DNA of 64,000 nt from Patescibacteria group bacterium (GTDB taxonomy: Bacteria; Patescibacteriota; Patescibacteriia; PEXW01). Each line of letters begins with the position of its first letter. The stretch's first letter is position 1. This document shows positions 20,633 to 28,841 of the stretch, piece by piece. Both the position numbers and the translations under genes were made by a program. The stretch is taken from assembly GCA_041671325.1 (NCBI GenBank), contig JBAZBR010000003.1, positions 68,506 through 132,505 of the forward strand, read 5' to 3'. The notes under the pieces were generated by a model. The model was not told where the DNA came from and searched no databases. It worked only from the letters and a program-made list of their open reading frames with translations.

Positions 20633-20762
20633 ATCTTTTCTGCCCTGCATGAGTCCCTAAGTTAGCAGTCAGAGTCCCGTGATGAAAAATCAATGAAGCT
20701 TTGACTGAGAACTAGTAAACCAATGCCAGGGTGATTAATTAAAAATAACTTAATGAATAAAT

Positions 20763-21302
20763 TTATCGGCGCGTAATCCGAATGCGGCTCATTTGCGCCA
20801 AGCGGCTGGGAATCAGGAATTTTCTTTTGTCTTTGGAAAGGTCGGTGAACAAATCCACGGCCTCTTTTAATTTAGCTGAAGAACTTTCGCCAAAAGCCAT
20901 GCCTTCCACCCTGACGCCTTCGTGCTGCAGGGCTTGGACCAAAGGCACGAAATCCCCATCACCCGTAACTAAGACCACGACATCCAGTTTTTTGGCATAG
21001 CGCAAGGCATCAATAGTAATGCCTACGTCCCAATCGCCTTTTTTGGTGCCGTCAGCAAAAACCTGCAGATCCTTCATCCTTAATTCAAAGCCAACTTTGG
21101 TTAAATTCGCCAGGAATTTTTCTTCTTCAGAAGTGGGCGTGGCAATGCCATAGGCAAAAGCCCGGATAAGTTTTCTCCCGCCAACTGCATTTTCCAGAAT
21201 ACTGCCAAAATTTGGCCGAGCGCCATGGATGCGCTGGGCAGTGTGGTAAAGGTTTGAGAGGTCGACGAAGACGCCGATCCTTTGTTCGGCATTAGAAATC
21301 AT
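20763..21302 (-). CDS. NYN (LabA/DUF88) domain protein
   Basis: [22 protein letters not shown]. Confidence 0.93.
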   Translation of the reverse strand: MISNAEQRIGVFVDLSNLYHTAQRIHGARPNFGSILENAVGGRKLIRAFAYGIATPTSEEEKFLANLTKVGFELRMKDLQVFADGTKKGDWDVGITIDALRYAKKLDVVVLVTGDGDFVPLVQALQHEGVRVEGMAFGESSSAKLKEAVDLFTDLSKDKRKFLIPSRLAQMSRIRITRR

Positions 21303-21598
21303 TCGGCGGGAGCGGTTGGAATAATATAGGTTTCACTTTTCAGTTTAAGTTTTTTGGTCAAAGCTTCAAAGCGGGTATTGTCTTCGCGCTGCAAATAAGT
21401 CAATAATCTGCGCCTTTGCCCGACTTTTTTCAGCAAGCCCCGGCGGGAAGAAAAATCTTTCTTGTGGGCTTTTAAATGGCCGGCTAATTGGTCTATTTCG
21501 TATGACAAAATTGCCACCTGGACTTCGGGTGAACCAGTGTCGCCATCGTGGGTTTTGAACTTTTTAATAACCCTGTCTTTTGCAGTCTTGTCTAACAT
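21299..21598 (-). CDS. rpsO: 30S ribosomal protein S15
   Basis: [21 protein letters not shown]; start set to MLDK. Confidence 0.97.
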   Translation of the reverse strand: MLDKTAKDRVIKKFKTHDGDTGSPEVQVAILSYEIDQLAGHLKAHKKDFSSRRGLLKKVGQRRRLLTYLQREDNTRFEALTKKLKLKSETYIIPTAPAE

Positions 21599-21706
21599 AG
21601 TTTTTCCTTTCGCGATGGCCGAGATTAAGGATTGGTCCAAAATCCAAGCAATCGTACCTTAATGAATGAGTGAAAAGATTATAAGTTTAATCAGGTTTTT
21701 TGTCAA
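21599..21706 (-). promoter_or_regulatory. rpsO promoter and structured leader
   Basis: TTGACA(21706-21701)-17-TATAAT(21683-21678); about 70-nt leader with nested stems. Confidence 0.65.
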
Positions 21707-21719
21707 GATATTGTTTAAA

Positions 21720-21755
21720 TAAAAAAATCGCCCCGAGCAATGGTCTGCCCGGGGC
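21720..21755 (-). terminator. Intrinsic terminator closing candidate large ncRNA
   Basis: GCCCCGGGCA...TGCTCGGGGC stem followed by GATTTTTTT on minus strand. Confidence 0.75.
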
Positions 21756-22410
21756 AAAAATCAATTTTAGCGACCTTGTCCCCTGATTATCTGGCAGGTT
21801 TTCCCTATACCAGTCCTCATCAGGGGAGTTAAATGCCGGTTTTCAGCTGCATTTAACCTCCAGCCGTTTTTTTGGCGCGCAGGTGCCCTTCTGTTTCCCC
21901 GCAGTCCCGTAGGACTACGAGCGCGTGTCTTGACTTATTAGACGGGGTTTTTACTGACCCTTGGCAGCCAAGGGCTTTTTAAGCCCTTAAGCATAGACAA
22001 CCAAACGCACCACCTCCTATGTGCAACCTTTAGCTTTCCGCGGTATTTTTAGTGTGGGGAAGTTGGTTGCAGTTTCAACCCCGACACTTTCGACTAAGGT
22101 TTTGTGGTAAACCAAGTTTGCTTGGCTCACCGTTGTCACTGGCTCTACGTTAGAGTCAGCTTCTTCTTTGGCTTCGCCTATTCTGGTCGCCCTTAATCGG
22201 GGATTTTACTTAACCCGAAACTTTTGGGCATCTGGCCAGAACTTGGCGTCGCCGACCGAGCCGATCAGGCGGCGCGGTTGGTGTTGCCGGTGTTTGTGTT
22301 GTTTCCCATCAAATCAATGTGTTGCCGACACCTTCGAAGTGCCCTCATAGAATTCCTCCGCGTTTTGAGGTGAATCACCAGCCAAAAAATTAATTCGAGA
22401 GCTGATGAAT
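21720..22410 (-). ncRNA. Candidate large structured ncRNA of about 690 nt (unassigned)
   Basis: GC-richer than neighbouring spacers, dense hairpins including a cUACGg loop, own promoter and terminator, only very short ORFs. Confidence 0.7.
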
Positions 22411-22415
22411 AATCC

Positions 22416-22443
22416 AGTATACACGGTTTAAAATATTTGTCAA
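22416..22443 (-). promoter_or_regulatory. sigma70 promoter of candidate large ncRNA
   Basis: TTGACA(22443-22438)-16-TATACT(22421-22416). Confidence 0.75.
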
Positions 22444-22604
22444 CCCCATATATAAGATCTTCTGATGTTATACGCAAAGAGGTTTTAGTATGGGCAAAAA
22501 GTAACAAGGATTCGGGAAGCGAAGCTTGCAAAAACATATTTAAAAGCCCGCGGTTCGTATAAAAACTACTTTGCAGGCTTTTTTGTAGGTTTTGGACTAC
22601 GCAA

Positions 22605-22886
22605 TCAACTTTTTTTCCTGAAATTGATGTAGACGAGGAGGCTGAGCCCCTGTAATGTGCCAAGAAAAACAGAGGATGTTACTCCCATGGTCGTAGCAAG
22701 GATTGGGTCGATGATCCGCCCTATACCATACCCGGTAGCTCCCCAGCAGACAAAACTTCCGATTACCGCAAAATAAGTTGCCTTGTCGCTTTTGCGATAA
22801 TCGTACTTTCTGATGTATCTCCTGGCGAGAACGATGAAGCTTGCCCACAGTGCTGCTATTCCAATTATCCAAAGAACTTTCTCCAT
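22605..22886 (-). CDS. Hypothetical small membrane protein
   Basis: AAGGAGG SD before MEKVLW; 3 TM segments. Confidence 0.7.
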   Translation of the reverse strand: MEKVLWIIGIAALWASFIVLARRYIRKYDYRKSDKATYFAVIGSFVCWGATGYGIGRIIDPILATTMGVTSSVFLGTLQGLSLLVYINFRKKS

Positions 22887-22912
22887 GAATGTCCTCCTTA
22901 TTTTTAATTGCA

Positions 22913-23647
22913 TTAAGCCTTAACCAATGTCATTTCCAAACGCACCCGGTCGGGGAAATCTGAAAATATGCCATCAACTCCCATATTGATGAATTCCCGG
23001 ATTTCCGCCTGTTCATTAACCACTGAAACTAAAAATTTGAAACCTTGGGCATGAGCCAAAAGCACTTGTTGCTGATTGACCATCTTTTTGGACGCAATCA
23101 AATAACTGAGACCCAGGCCCTGGTAAGCTTTAAGACTCAGCGGCCATTGGTAAATAATAAGGCCAATTTGGATATCCGGTCTTAGCCGATGAAAAGCGGC
23201 GATTTCCTGGAAACTTGTAGAGGTTACCAGAATATCTTCGGCTTTCCAGTCAGCGCGCATGGTTGCGTCAAGCTGAGAAAGTTTTTCGGCCAGCATAGCG
23301 CCAGTCCCGCGACTTTTTAATTCGACATTCAGCGTTATGCAACTGCCAGCCAGAATTTCCAAGACTTCATCCAAGGCAGGCACCCATTCCCCTTGGCTGT
23401 CTTGGATCTTGAACTGCTGGATTTGAGCAAGAGTCAGACTGGAAACGTCGCCTAGGCCGTTTGAGGTCCGGTCGACGCTGGCATCATGAATCACGGCTAA
23501 TTTGCCGTCAGCAGTAGCTTGGACATCAAGTTCGATCATGTCGGCGCCTAATTGTACGGCCAAAGTAAAAGCCGCCAGGGTGTTTCCCGGTCTATAACCA
23601 GAAGCGCCTTGATGAGCAATTACTAACATATTCACCGTTTTTCCCAC
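22913..23647 (-). CDS. Glycerophosphodiester phosphodiesterase (GDPD family)
   Basis: IAHQGASG, IELDV, VIHD, GVDGIFSDFP. Confidence 0.92.
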   Translation of the reverse strand: MGKTVNMLVIAHQGASGYRPGNTLAAFTLAVQLGADMIELDVQATADGKLAVIHDASVDRTSNGLGDVSSLTLAQIQQFKIQDSQGEWVPALDEVLEILAGSCITLNVELKSRGTGAMLAEKLSQLDATMRADWKAEDILVTSTSFQEIAAFHRLRPDIQIGLIIYQWPLSLKAYQGLGLSYLIASKKMVNQQQVLLAHAQGFKFLVSVVNEQAEIREFINMGVDGIFSDFPDRVRLEMTLVKA

Positions 23648-23773
23648 CTTTCTACTTTTGTTTATTATTTTTCAAATAGCTTTTAGCTTTGATTTTCTAA
23701 AAAGAAATTACCTTTCTGCCTAGCTAAAGTCAAGGATTATGTTTTTTAAAAAAAGTGTCGTATAATATCCGCG

Positions 23774-24715
23774 ATGGCTAATTCCCTTGCTAAACTCTTA
23801 AACGACTTTTTGACTTATTTGGAGATTGAAAAAAATGTCTCGCCTTTGACTGTGAAGAATTACGATTTTTACTTGAGGCGCTTCATGAGCTGGGGCAACC
23901 TAAAAGATCCTCAAGACATCACCTCAGAAAAGGTCAGGCAATACCGTTTGTATTTAAATCGTCTACTCAATCAGCAAAAAGAAGCCTTAAAAGCTTCCAC
24001 TCGGAATTACCACTTGATTGCTCTGCGTTCTTTTTTGAAGTATTTATCCAAACGGGATGTTAAAGCTTTGGCTCCGGAAAAGGTGGAACTAGCTAAGCAG
24101 CCTGAACGGCAGGTAAATTTTTTAGAAGGAGCAGATTTGGAAAGATTTTTAGAAGCGCCTTTAAAAACCAATGAACATAATTTGGTTAAGTTCCGGGACA
24201 AGGCAATTTTGGAAATGCTTTTTTCCACGGGCTTGCGGGTTTCCGAATTGGCGGGTTTAAAAAAAGAAAACGTGAATTTGGAAAAAGAGGAATTCACGGT
24301 CCGAGGCAAGGGTGGAAAATTGCGGGTAGTTTTTCTTTCCCATACGTCCAGGCATTTTTTGGGCGAATATTTGAATAATCGGAATGACCAAGAGCCCTGG
24401 ATGTTTTTGCGGCATGACCGGGCCATTAAAAGATCGGCCGAACATTTAAAACCTTTGACTCCCAGGTCAATCCAAAGGATTGTCCAATATTATGCCAAAG
24501 CCGCGGGCATAACCAAAAGGGTCACCCCGCATACCTTGCGCCATTCTTATGCCACGGATTTATTAATCAATGGCGCAGACATCCGTTCAGTCCAATCCAT
24601 GTTGGGCCACGCTTCCATAACAACCACGCAAATTTACACGCACGTCACCAATCAGCAGCTAAGGGAAGTTTATAAGGCTTTCCATGCCAGAAGAAGAAAA
24701 GACAAAGAGGATTGA
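23774..24715 (+). CDS. Tyrosine recombinase, XerC/XerD-like
   Basis: STGLRVSEL, GKGGK, HTLRHSYAT, LGHASITTTQIY. Confidence 0.95.
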   Translation: MANSLAKLLNDFLTYLEIEKNVSPLTVKNYDFYLRRFMSWGNLKDPQDITSEKVRQYRLYLNRLLNQQKEALKASTRNYHLIALRSFLKYLSKRDVKALAPEKVELAKQPERQVNFLEGADLERFLEAPLKTNEHNLVKFRDKAILEMLFSTGLRVSELAGLKKENVNLEKEEFTVRGKGGKLRVVFLSHTSRHFLGEYLNNRNDQEPWMFLRHDRAIKRSAEHLKPLTPRSIQRIVQYYAKAAGITKRVTPHTLRHSYATDLLINGADIRSVQSMLGHASITTTQIYTHVTNQQLREVYKAFHARRRKDKED

Positions 24716-24761
24716 CCTAGGTTCAAGAATTAATTACTATTCGAATTCAGATTGAAAATTT

Positions 24762-24836
24762 GTCCCTATAGTTCAACGGATAGAACGAGAGCCTTCTAAG
24801 CTCTAGATGGAAGTTCGATTCTTCCTGGGGACACCA
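24762..24836 (+). tRNA. tRNA-Arg (UCU)
   Basis: Cloverleaf; anticodon loop CT-TCT-AA; encoded CCA. Confidence 0.93.
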
Positions 24837-24863
24837 AGAGAATTATTAACAATTTTCCCCTTA

Positions 24864-24964
24864 CAGGTTCTCCGCCACCGAAAGATTTTAGAGGCGGATC
24901 CGCCTCTTGCACCAAAGGCGCATCTGCCTCTGGCACGAGGCGGAGATTCCTGCTGAGGGCACCA
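24864..24964 (+). pseudogene. tRNA 3' fragment interrupted in the T-loop by a TCCGCC..GGCGGA palindromic element
   Basis: CAGGTTC [24871-24944 insert] GATTCCTGCTGAGGGCACCA. Confidence 0.65.
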
Positions 24965-24965
24965 G

Positions 24966-25042
<77 letters not shown>

Positions 25043-25234
25043 CGCGCGCACGCGCCTTTCACCTTTCGTGAACGCGCAAGCTTGTTCACTACAGGTTCCA
25101 GGCGCAGCTCGCTTGCCCCGTTTTATCTATAGATAAAACGGGGACCCCGGTTGGATTCTGCAAGCGTACCGCTTACCCCATCCGCCTTTGGCGAGATGGG
25201 GACCCCAAATGAATAAAAATGTTATCATAAATTT

Positions 25235-25507
25235 ATGAAATATTTCGTCGGCATCATTTTAATAGGCATAGGCTTTGTAATCATCTGGAAGTCAGATTGG
25301 CTTATGAACAATCTGGGCCGGATTGATTGGGCCGAACAGCATTTGGGTATGGATGGCGGGACGCGCTTGTTGTATAAGTTAATTGGTGTAGTTTTGATAA
25401 TCGGAGCTTTTCTTTTAATGGGCGGTGGCTTGTCTAAAGGTGCGAAGAAAGTTTTCACTCCCAGTGGTCCTACTGATATAGAACAGCCGCAAAGTGAAGG
25501 ATTATAG
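25235..25507 (+). CDS. Small membrane protein
   Basis: 2 TM segments with G.IDWAE..LG..GG.RL.YKLIG motif. Confidence 0.75.
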   Translation: MKYFVGIILIGIGFVIIWKSDWLMNNLGRIDWAEQHLGMDGGTRLLYKLIGVVLIIGAFLLMGGGLSKGAKKVFTPSGPTDIEQPQSEGL

Positions 25508-25528
25508 AAATTGAAAAATAATTTTTAT

Positions 25529-25604
25529 GGGCCGTTAGCTTAGCTGGTAGAGCGCCGCGTTTGCAACGCGGAGGTCGCCGGTTCGAATCCGGCACGGTCC
25601 ACCA
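25529..25604 (+). tRNA. tRNA-Ala (UGC)
   Basis: Cloverleaf; TT-TGC-AA; G3:U70; CCA. Confidence 0.95.
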
Positions 25605-25833
25605 CGCGTCATTGCGAGCGACGGGTTTCGTGTGGCAACATTTGTTGCCCCACTGCACCCTCTGCTCGCATGCCGCTTTCCCCACGCGCCAGTTCCGCCG
25701 CGTGGGGCCCCCAGGAAGATTTTCGTTCGTGTGCCGCTTTTCCTCACGAATGCGTGCTCCTCCCCCTCGACTCCGCTCGGGGTCGTGCGATCCACATTCG
25801 TGAGGTCAGGTTTCACAAACGTGCCGTTTTCCC
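25605..25833 (+). repeat. tRNA-3'-adjacent modular structured repeat, copy 1
   Basis: CGCGTCAT..CGGGTTTCGTGTG..CCACTGCACCCT..TGCCGCT, shared with 48859 and 49607. Confidence 0.8.
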
Positions 25834-25962
25834 AAAAAATATATGCAAATATCCAATCACAAAGCTATTGTGTTTTTTTGAAAATGTATTAGCATTAAAG
25901 ACATAAAAAAATAGTTAACCCTTTTCTCTTTTCAAAAAATCAAAAGGAAGGAGGGCCGAGCT

Positions 25963-26346
25963 TTGAAAATCAAACAGCTAGGCAGACATTTGCTTATTGA
26001 ATTCATTGGTTGTGACCCGAAGTTGCTTAACAATCTTCGGGCAATTAAGCGGATGTGTCGGCAAGCGGTTCTGGAATCTGGAGCCACAATTGTCGGGGAT
26101 CGTTTTCATAAGTTTGCTCCCCACGGCGTTTCGGGTGTTTTTTTACTCGCAGAATCACACTTCTCATTCCATAGCTGGCCTGAGTACGGCTACGCGGCTG
26201 TGGACGTTTTCACCTGCGGTGAAAAGGTTGATCCCGAAAAAACGCGTATTTACTTGAAACGCGAACTCAAGGCTAGAAGGGCTTTTATAAGAAGGGTCAA
26301 AAGAGGCATACCTTCCGAAAAAAATGGGGTAATACCTCACAAATAG
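25963..26346 (+). CDS. speD: S-adenosylmethionine decarboxylase proenzyme (short class)
   Basis: LAESHFSFHSWPE self-cleavage motif; DVFTCG; GGAGG SD before TTG. Confidence 0.93.
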   Translation: MKIKQLGRHLLIEFIGCDPKLLNNLRAIKRMCRQAVLESGATIVGDRFHKFAPHGVSGVFLLAESHFSFHSWPEYGYAAVDVFTCGEKVDPEKTRIYLKRELKARRAFIRRVKRGIPSEKNGVIPHK

Positions 26347-26521
26347 CTGGCTATTTCCAAAGGCCTGGACGAATTTTCGTTCAGGCCTTTATTTATAAAT
26401 TTAACTTTTATTATTGACCAATTCCTGGTAATTTATTAGTATTCGAAAGCTTTAGTGATATGTTTGAATATCTAATGCGTGATGGGTGTCAATAGAGAAT
26501 AAAATAATTGATATTCCCTGC

Positions 26522-26589
26522 GGTGGCCATGGTGTAGTGGTAACACCCCGCACTACTCACTTCGTTCGAGTGCGAGGGCAGGCAGAGGC
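26522..26589 (+). pseudogene. tRNA-His 5' fragment with hairpin insertion
   Basis: First 25 nt identical to tRNA-His, insert 26547-26582, then CAGAGGC. Confidence 0.75.
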
Positions 26590-26673
26590 AAGTCTGTATC
26601 TCTTGTAAAAAACCACAAAGGTAAGTTTAATTTTCAATTATCATTTATAATATTGAGTAATGCTGTGCATGGG

Positions 26674-26748
26674 GGTGGCCATGGTGTAGTGGTAACACAG
26701 AGGCTTGTGGAGCCTTTATCTCGGGTTCGATCCCCGATGGCCACCCCC
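26674..26748 (+). tRNA. tRNA-His (GUG)
   Basis: Cloverleaf with G-1:C73; anticodon GTG; 3' end reads CCC-A rather than CCA. Confidence 0.92.
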
Positions 26749-26887
26749 ATGCACAGCAACCAAAACATATGGTTCGGGTTGGGAATAACAGCAGATCCTC
26801 GAGAACAAAATAAAAGTAAAAAACGAGACCCCGCCCAAGTGGCGGGGCCGATGGCCACCCCAAGGTGGTTGCCACCGCAGGGAATAT

Positions 26888-27113
26888 CAGAGGCTTGCCT
26901 GTCCCGTACTTGAGCCTCGCGAATAGTACGGGATGGAGCCCCCGAACCACCTTGGGTTCGGGGCATGCTTTATCTCGGGTTCTCCGCCACAAAAAAAATA
27001 ATGCGGATCCCCCGCCTACCGAAGCCTCGTGCGGCGGGCAGGCGCCGGATGGCGGGAGATCCCCCAGCCTCACCCGACGAGCGTGCGAGTCAAGGCGGGC
27101 GATGGCCACCCCA
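26888..27113 (+). pseudogene. tRNA-His partial copy split by four hairpin insertions
   Basis: Five collinear blocks identical to tRNA-His separated by palindromic inserts. Confidence 0.8.
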
Positions 27114-27161
27114 AGGTGGTATTCTATGATATAGACAAATTATCAAATTAAATGTGCAATT

Positions 27162-27512
27162 ATGAACAATATATTTGTTTGGATTATATTATGTGCGGTA
27201 AGTCTAATATTAGGAATATTAAGTTATGTTGCCGCATATAGAAGGGGAGTTGGAGACATAAAGAATCACCCCAAGATTTTCAGGTTTTTTGAAATATATC
27301 GCCATTTTGTCGGTTACTTTTTTTCAGCAGTTATTGGTTATTATTTTATTAAAGTAAGATGGCCCTACATACATCAAACGGCAGTACTTTCTCTCGGCGA
27401 TTTTATTTTAGGAATTGCATTCCTTTTTGGCGTTTTAGGCTGGTGGCCGTATTTAATCAAAAATATTACTGAGGGAGTGGAAGCTATTATTAATAAACGG
27501 TTAGGAAAATAA
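27162..27512 (+). CDS. Hypothetical 3-TM protein between 30-bp direct repeats
   Basis: AT-rich ORF flanked by identical repeats 27083-27112 and 27548-27577. Confidence 0.7.
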   Translation: MNNIFVWIILCAVSLILGILSYVAAYRRGVGDIKNHPKIFRFFEIYRHFVGYFFSAVIGYYFIKVRWPYIHQTAVLSLGDFILGIAFLFGVLGWWPYLIKNITEGVEAIINKRLGK

Positions 27513-27678
27513 TTGATTTATTACCTGAATAATAATTTTAAAATTATGTGCGAGTCAAGGCGGGCGATGGCCACCCCCGCTTACCTCTTAACTGGTACTA
27601 AACCAGCTTTTTCCCATTTTTATTAAAAAGAAAATCCCGCTAATCTGGAAGATTAACGGGATTGAACCTGCAATATTG

Positions 27679-28191
27679 CTAATGTCGATAGCCCGGCTTA
27701 TCCCGGCCACCGAAATAGACGCCGAGCAGGATTTTGAAGTCCGGCATATCACCAATGCCGTACCGAGCTTCAAGGCTATACCGGTGAGAATCCCCGAGCG
27801 GCAGGGTAATGCCACCGAGGACCGAAATGCCGATTTCCGTATCGCTGTTGCCTGATTTGTACTTGAACAAGGCCAACGATGGCCCCAATCCAATATATAA
27901 ATCCGAGTTGCTTCTGGGTAGGGCAAGGGAAACTCTAAAGTCAGCGTTGACCAAGACCGAGGTCAAACCATCTCCAAACCCGACATCGGCGCTGGGCGTG
28001 AAGCGGACAAATTTCCAGTATCCAAGCATACTCTGCAAACCAATGGTGAATTGGTTAGGGTTGGAACTGTAGCCTGCTCGGGCGCCAAAACTCCAACCCG
28101 GATCTTGATCCGCGGCGAAAATACTGGAAAAACCGAATGAAAACAGCGTCAGGAATAACGCCATGCTTAAACACGTTACTCTACGCATCAA
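27679..28191 (-). CDS. Signal-peptide protein resembling an 8-stranded outer-membrane beta-barrel
   Basis: Signal peptide, alternating amphipathic strands (SFGARAG, YIGLGPSL, LEARYG, ILLGVYF); GGAGG SD. Confidence 0.7.
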   Translation of the reverse strand: MMRRVTCLSMALFLTLFSFGFSSIFAADQDPGWSFGARAGYSSNPNQFTIGLQSMLGYWKFVRFTPSADVGFGDGLTSVLVNADFRVSLALPRSNSDLYIGLGPSLALFKYKSGNSDTEIGISVLGGITLPLGDSHRYSLEARYGIGDMPDFKILLGVYFGGRDKPGYRH

Positions 28192-28433
28192 AACCTCCGT
28201 ATTAAAGGGTCAATTTTTGTTCTGTGCATCTTAACCCAGGGCATAAATTTGCGCAAGGCTATATCCGTTATCTGCGATTTTTATGACCAAGAGCCCTTGG
28301 AAAACCGAATCCAGGAGATCGGTTCTTAAAATGCCTTGGGGATTATTAAGATAATACGTTTAATAAATGAATTGATAATACAAAAAAATCCACCAACACA
28401 TGGCTGGCGGATTTGAAAAATCGACTTTGCTGA

Positions 28434-28841
28434 TTACTTGATGATGTGCTTTTTTTTGAAATCGACCATTCTTTCGGCGAATGATTTGTCAGTAATTGCC
28501 GTAGTGAAGATTTGCCATTCGCGAACCCCAGCTTTTTTAAGGGTTGCAACCGTGTGTTGGTCTTCCGCGAAAACAGACAGCACCACCAACAAAAAATGAT
28601 TATGGCGGTTGAACAATCTAGCCAAACGCAAGCCCTTTGCGTCTCCCGGATGCCTGATCACCAAAATATGGGGATTAAATTTGGATATTTGACTCAGCGG
28701 ACCGTTAGGACCGCTTAAGGAAGCACCTTCTGGCAAATCCTGAAAAACCTCAACAGTAAATTGGCGAGTTCGTCTTACGGCTCTTATATATCCTTTATAA
28801 CAATCAGGCAGGCCATAAAAAGCAATTTTTACCTTTTTCAA
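28434..28841 (-). CDS. Hypothetical protein, possibly degenerate receiver-like fold
   Basis: AGGAGG SD, TTG start, own promoter and terminator; alpha/beta pattern. Confidence 0.6.
   Translation of the reverse strand: MKKVKIAFYGLPDCYKGYIRAVRRTRQFTVEVFQDLPEGASLSGPNGPLSQISKFNPHILVIRHPGDAKGLRLARLFNRHNHFLLVVLSVFAEDQHTVATLKKAGVREWQIFTTAITDKSFAERMVDFKKKHIIK

Noticed and set aside
21779-21827. CUGAUGA...GAAA on minus strand resembling a hammerhead ribozyme core
   Set aside because: CUGAU is paired in the 9-bp closing stem, and no stem I/III with a cleavage triplet can be drawn
21720-22410. RNase P, tmRNA or self-splicing intron identity for the large RNA
   Set aside because: No GAGGAAAGUCC P4 motif, no T-arm/CCA end, no group I P7 or group II domain V motif seen, and no interrupted host gene
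22265-22663. 132-aa ORF-track frame
   Set aside because: It crosses a terminator-like hairpin and a promoter and has no SD or recognisable motif; only the final 27 codons are SD-led
25470-25906. Several overlapping ORFs around tRNA-Ala (also around 26634-27134 and 48746-49047)
   Set aside because: Spurious frames over tRNAs and GC-rich palindromic repeats
25605-27577. CRISPR-like array from recurring GATGGCCACCCC or GTGCCGCT motifs
   Set aside because: Irregular spacing, tRNA-derived or very short repeats, and no cas genes in the window
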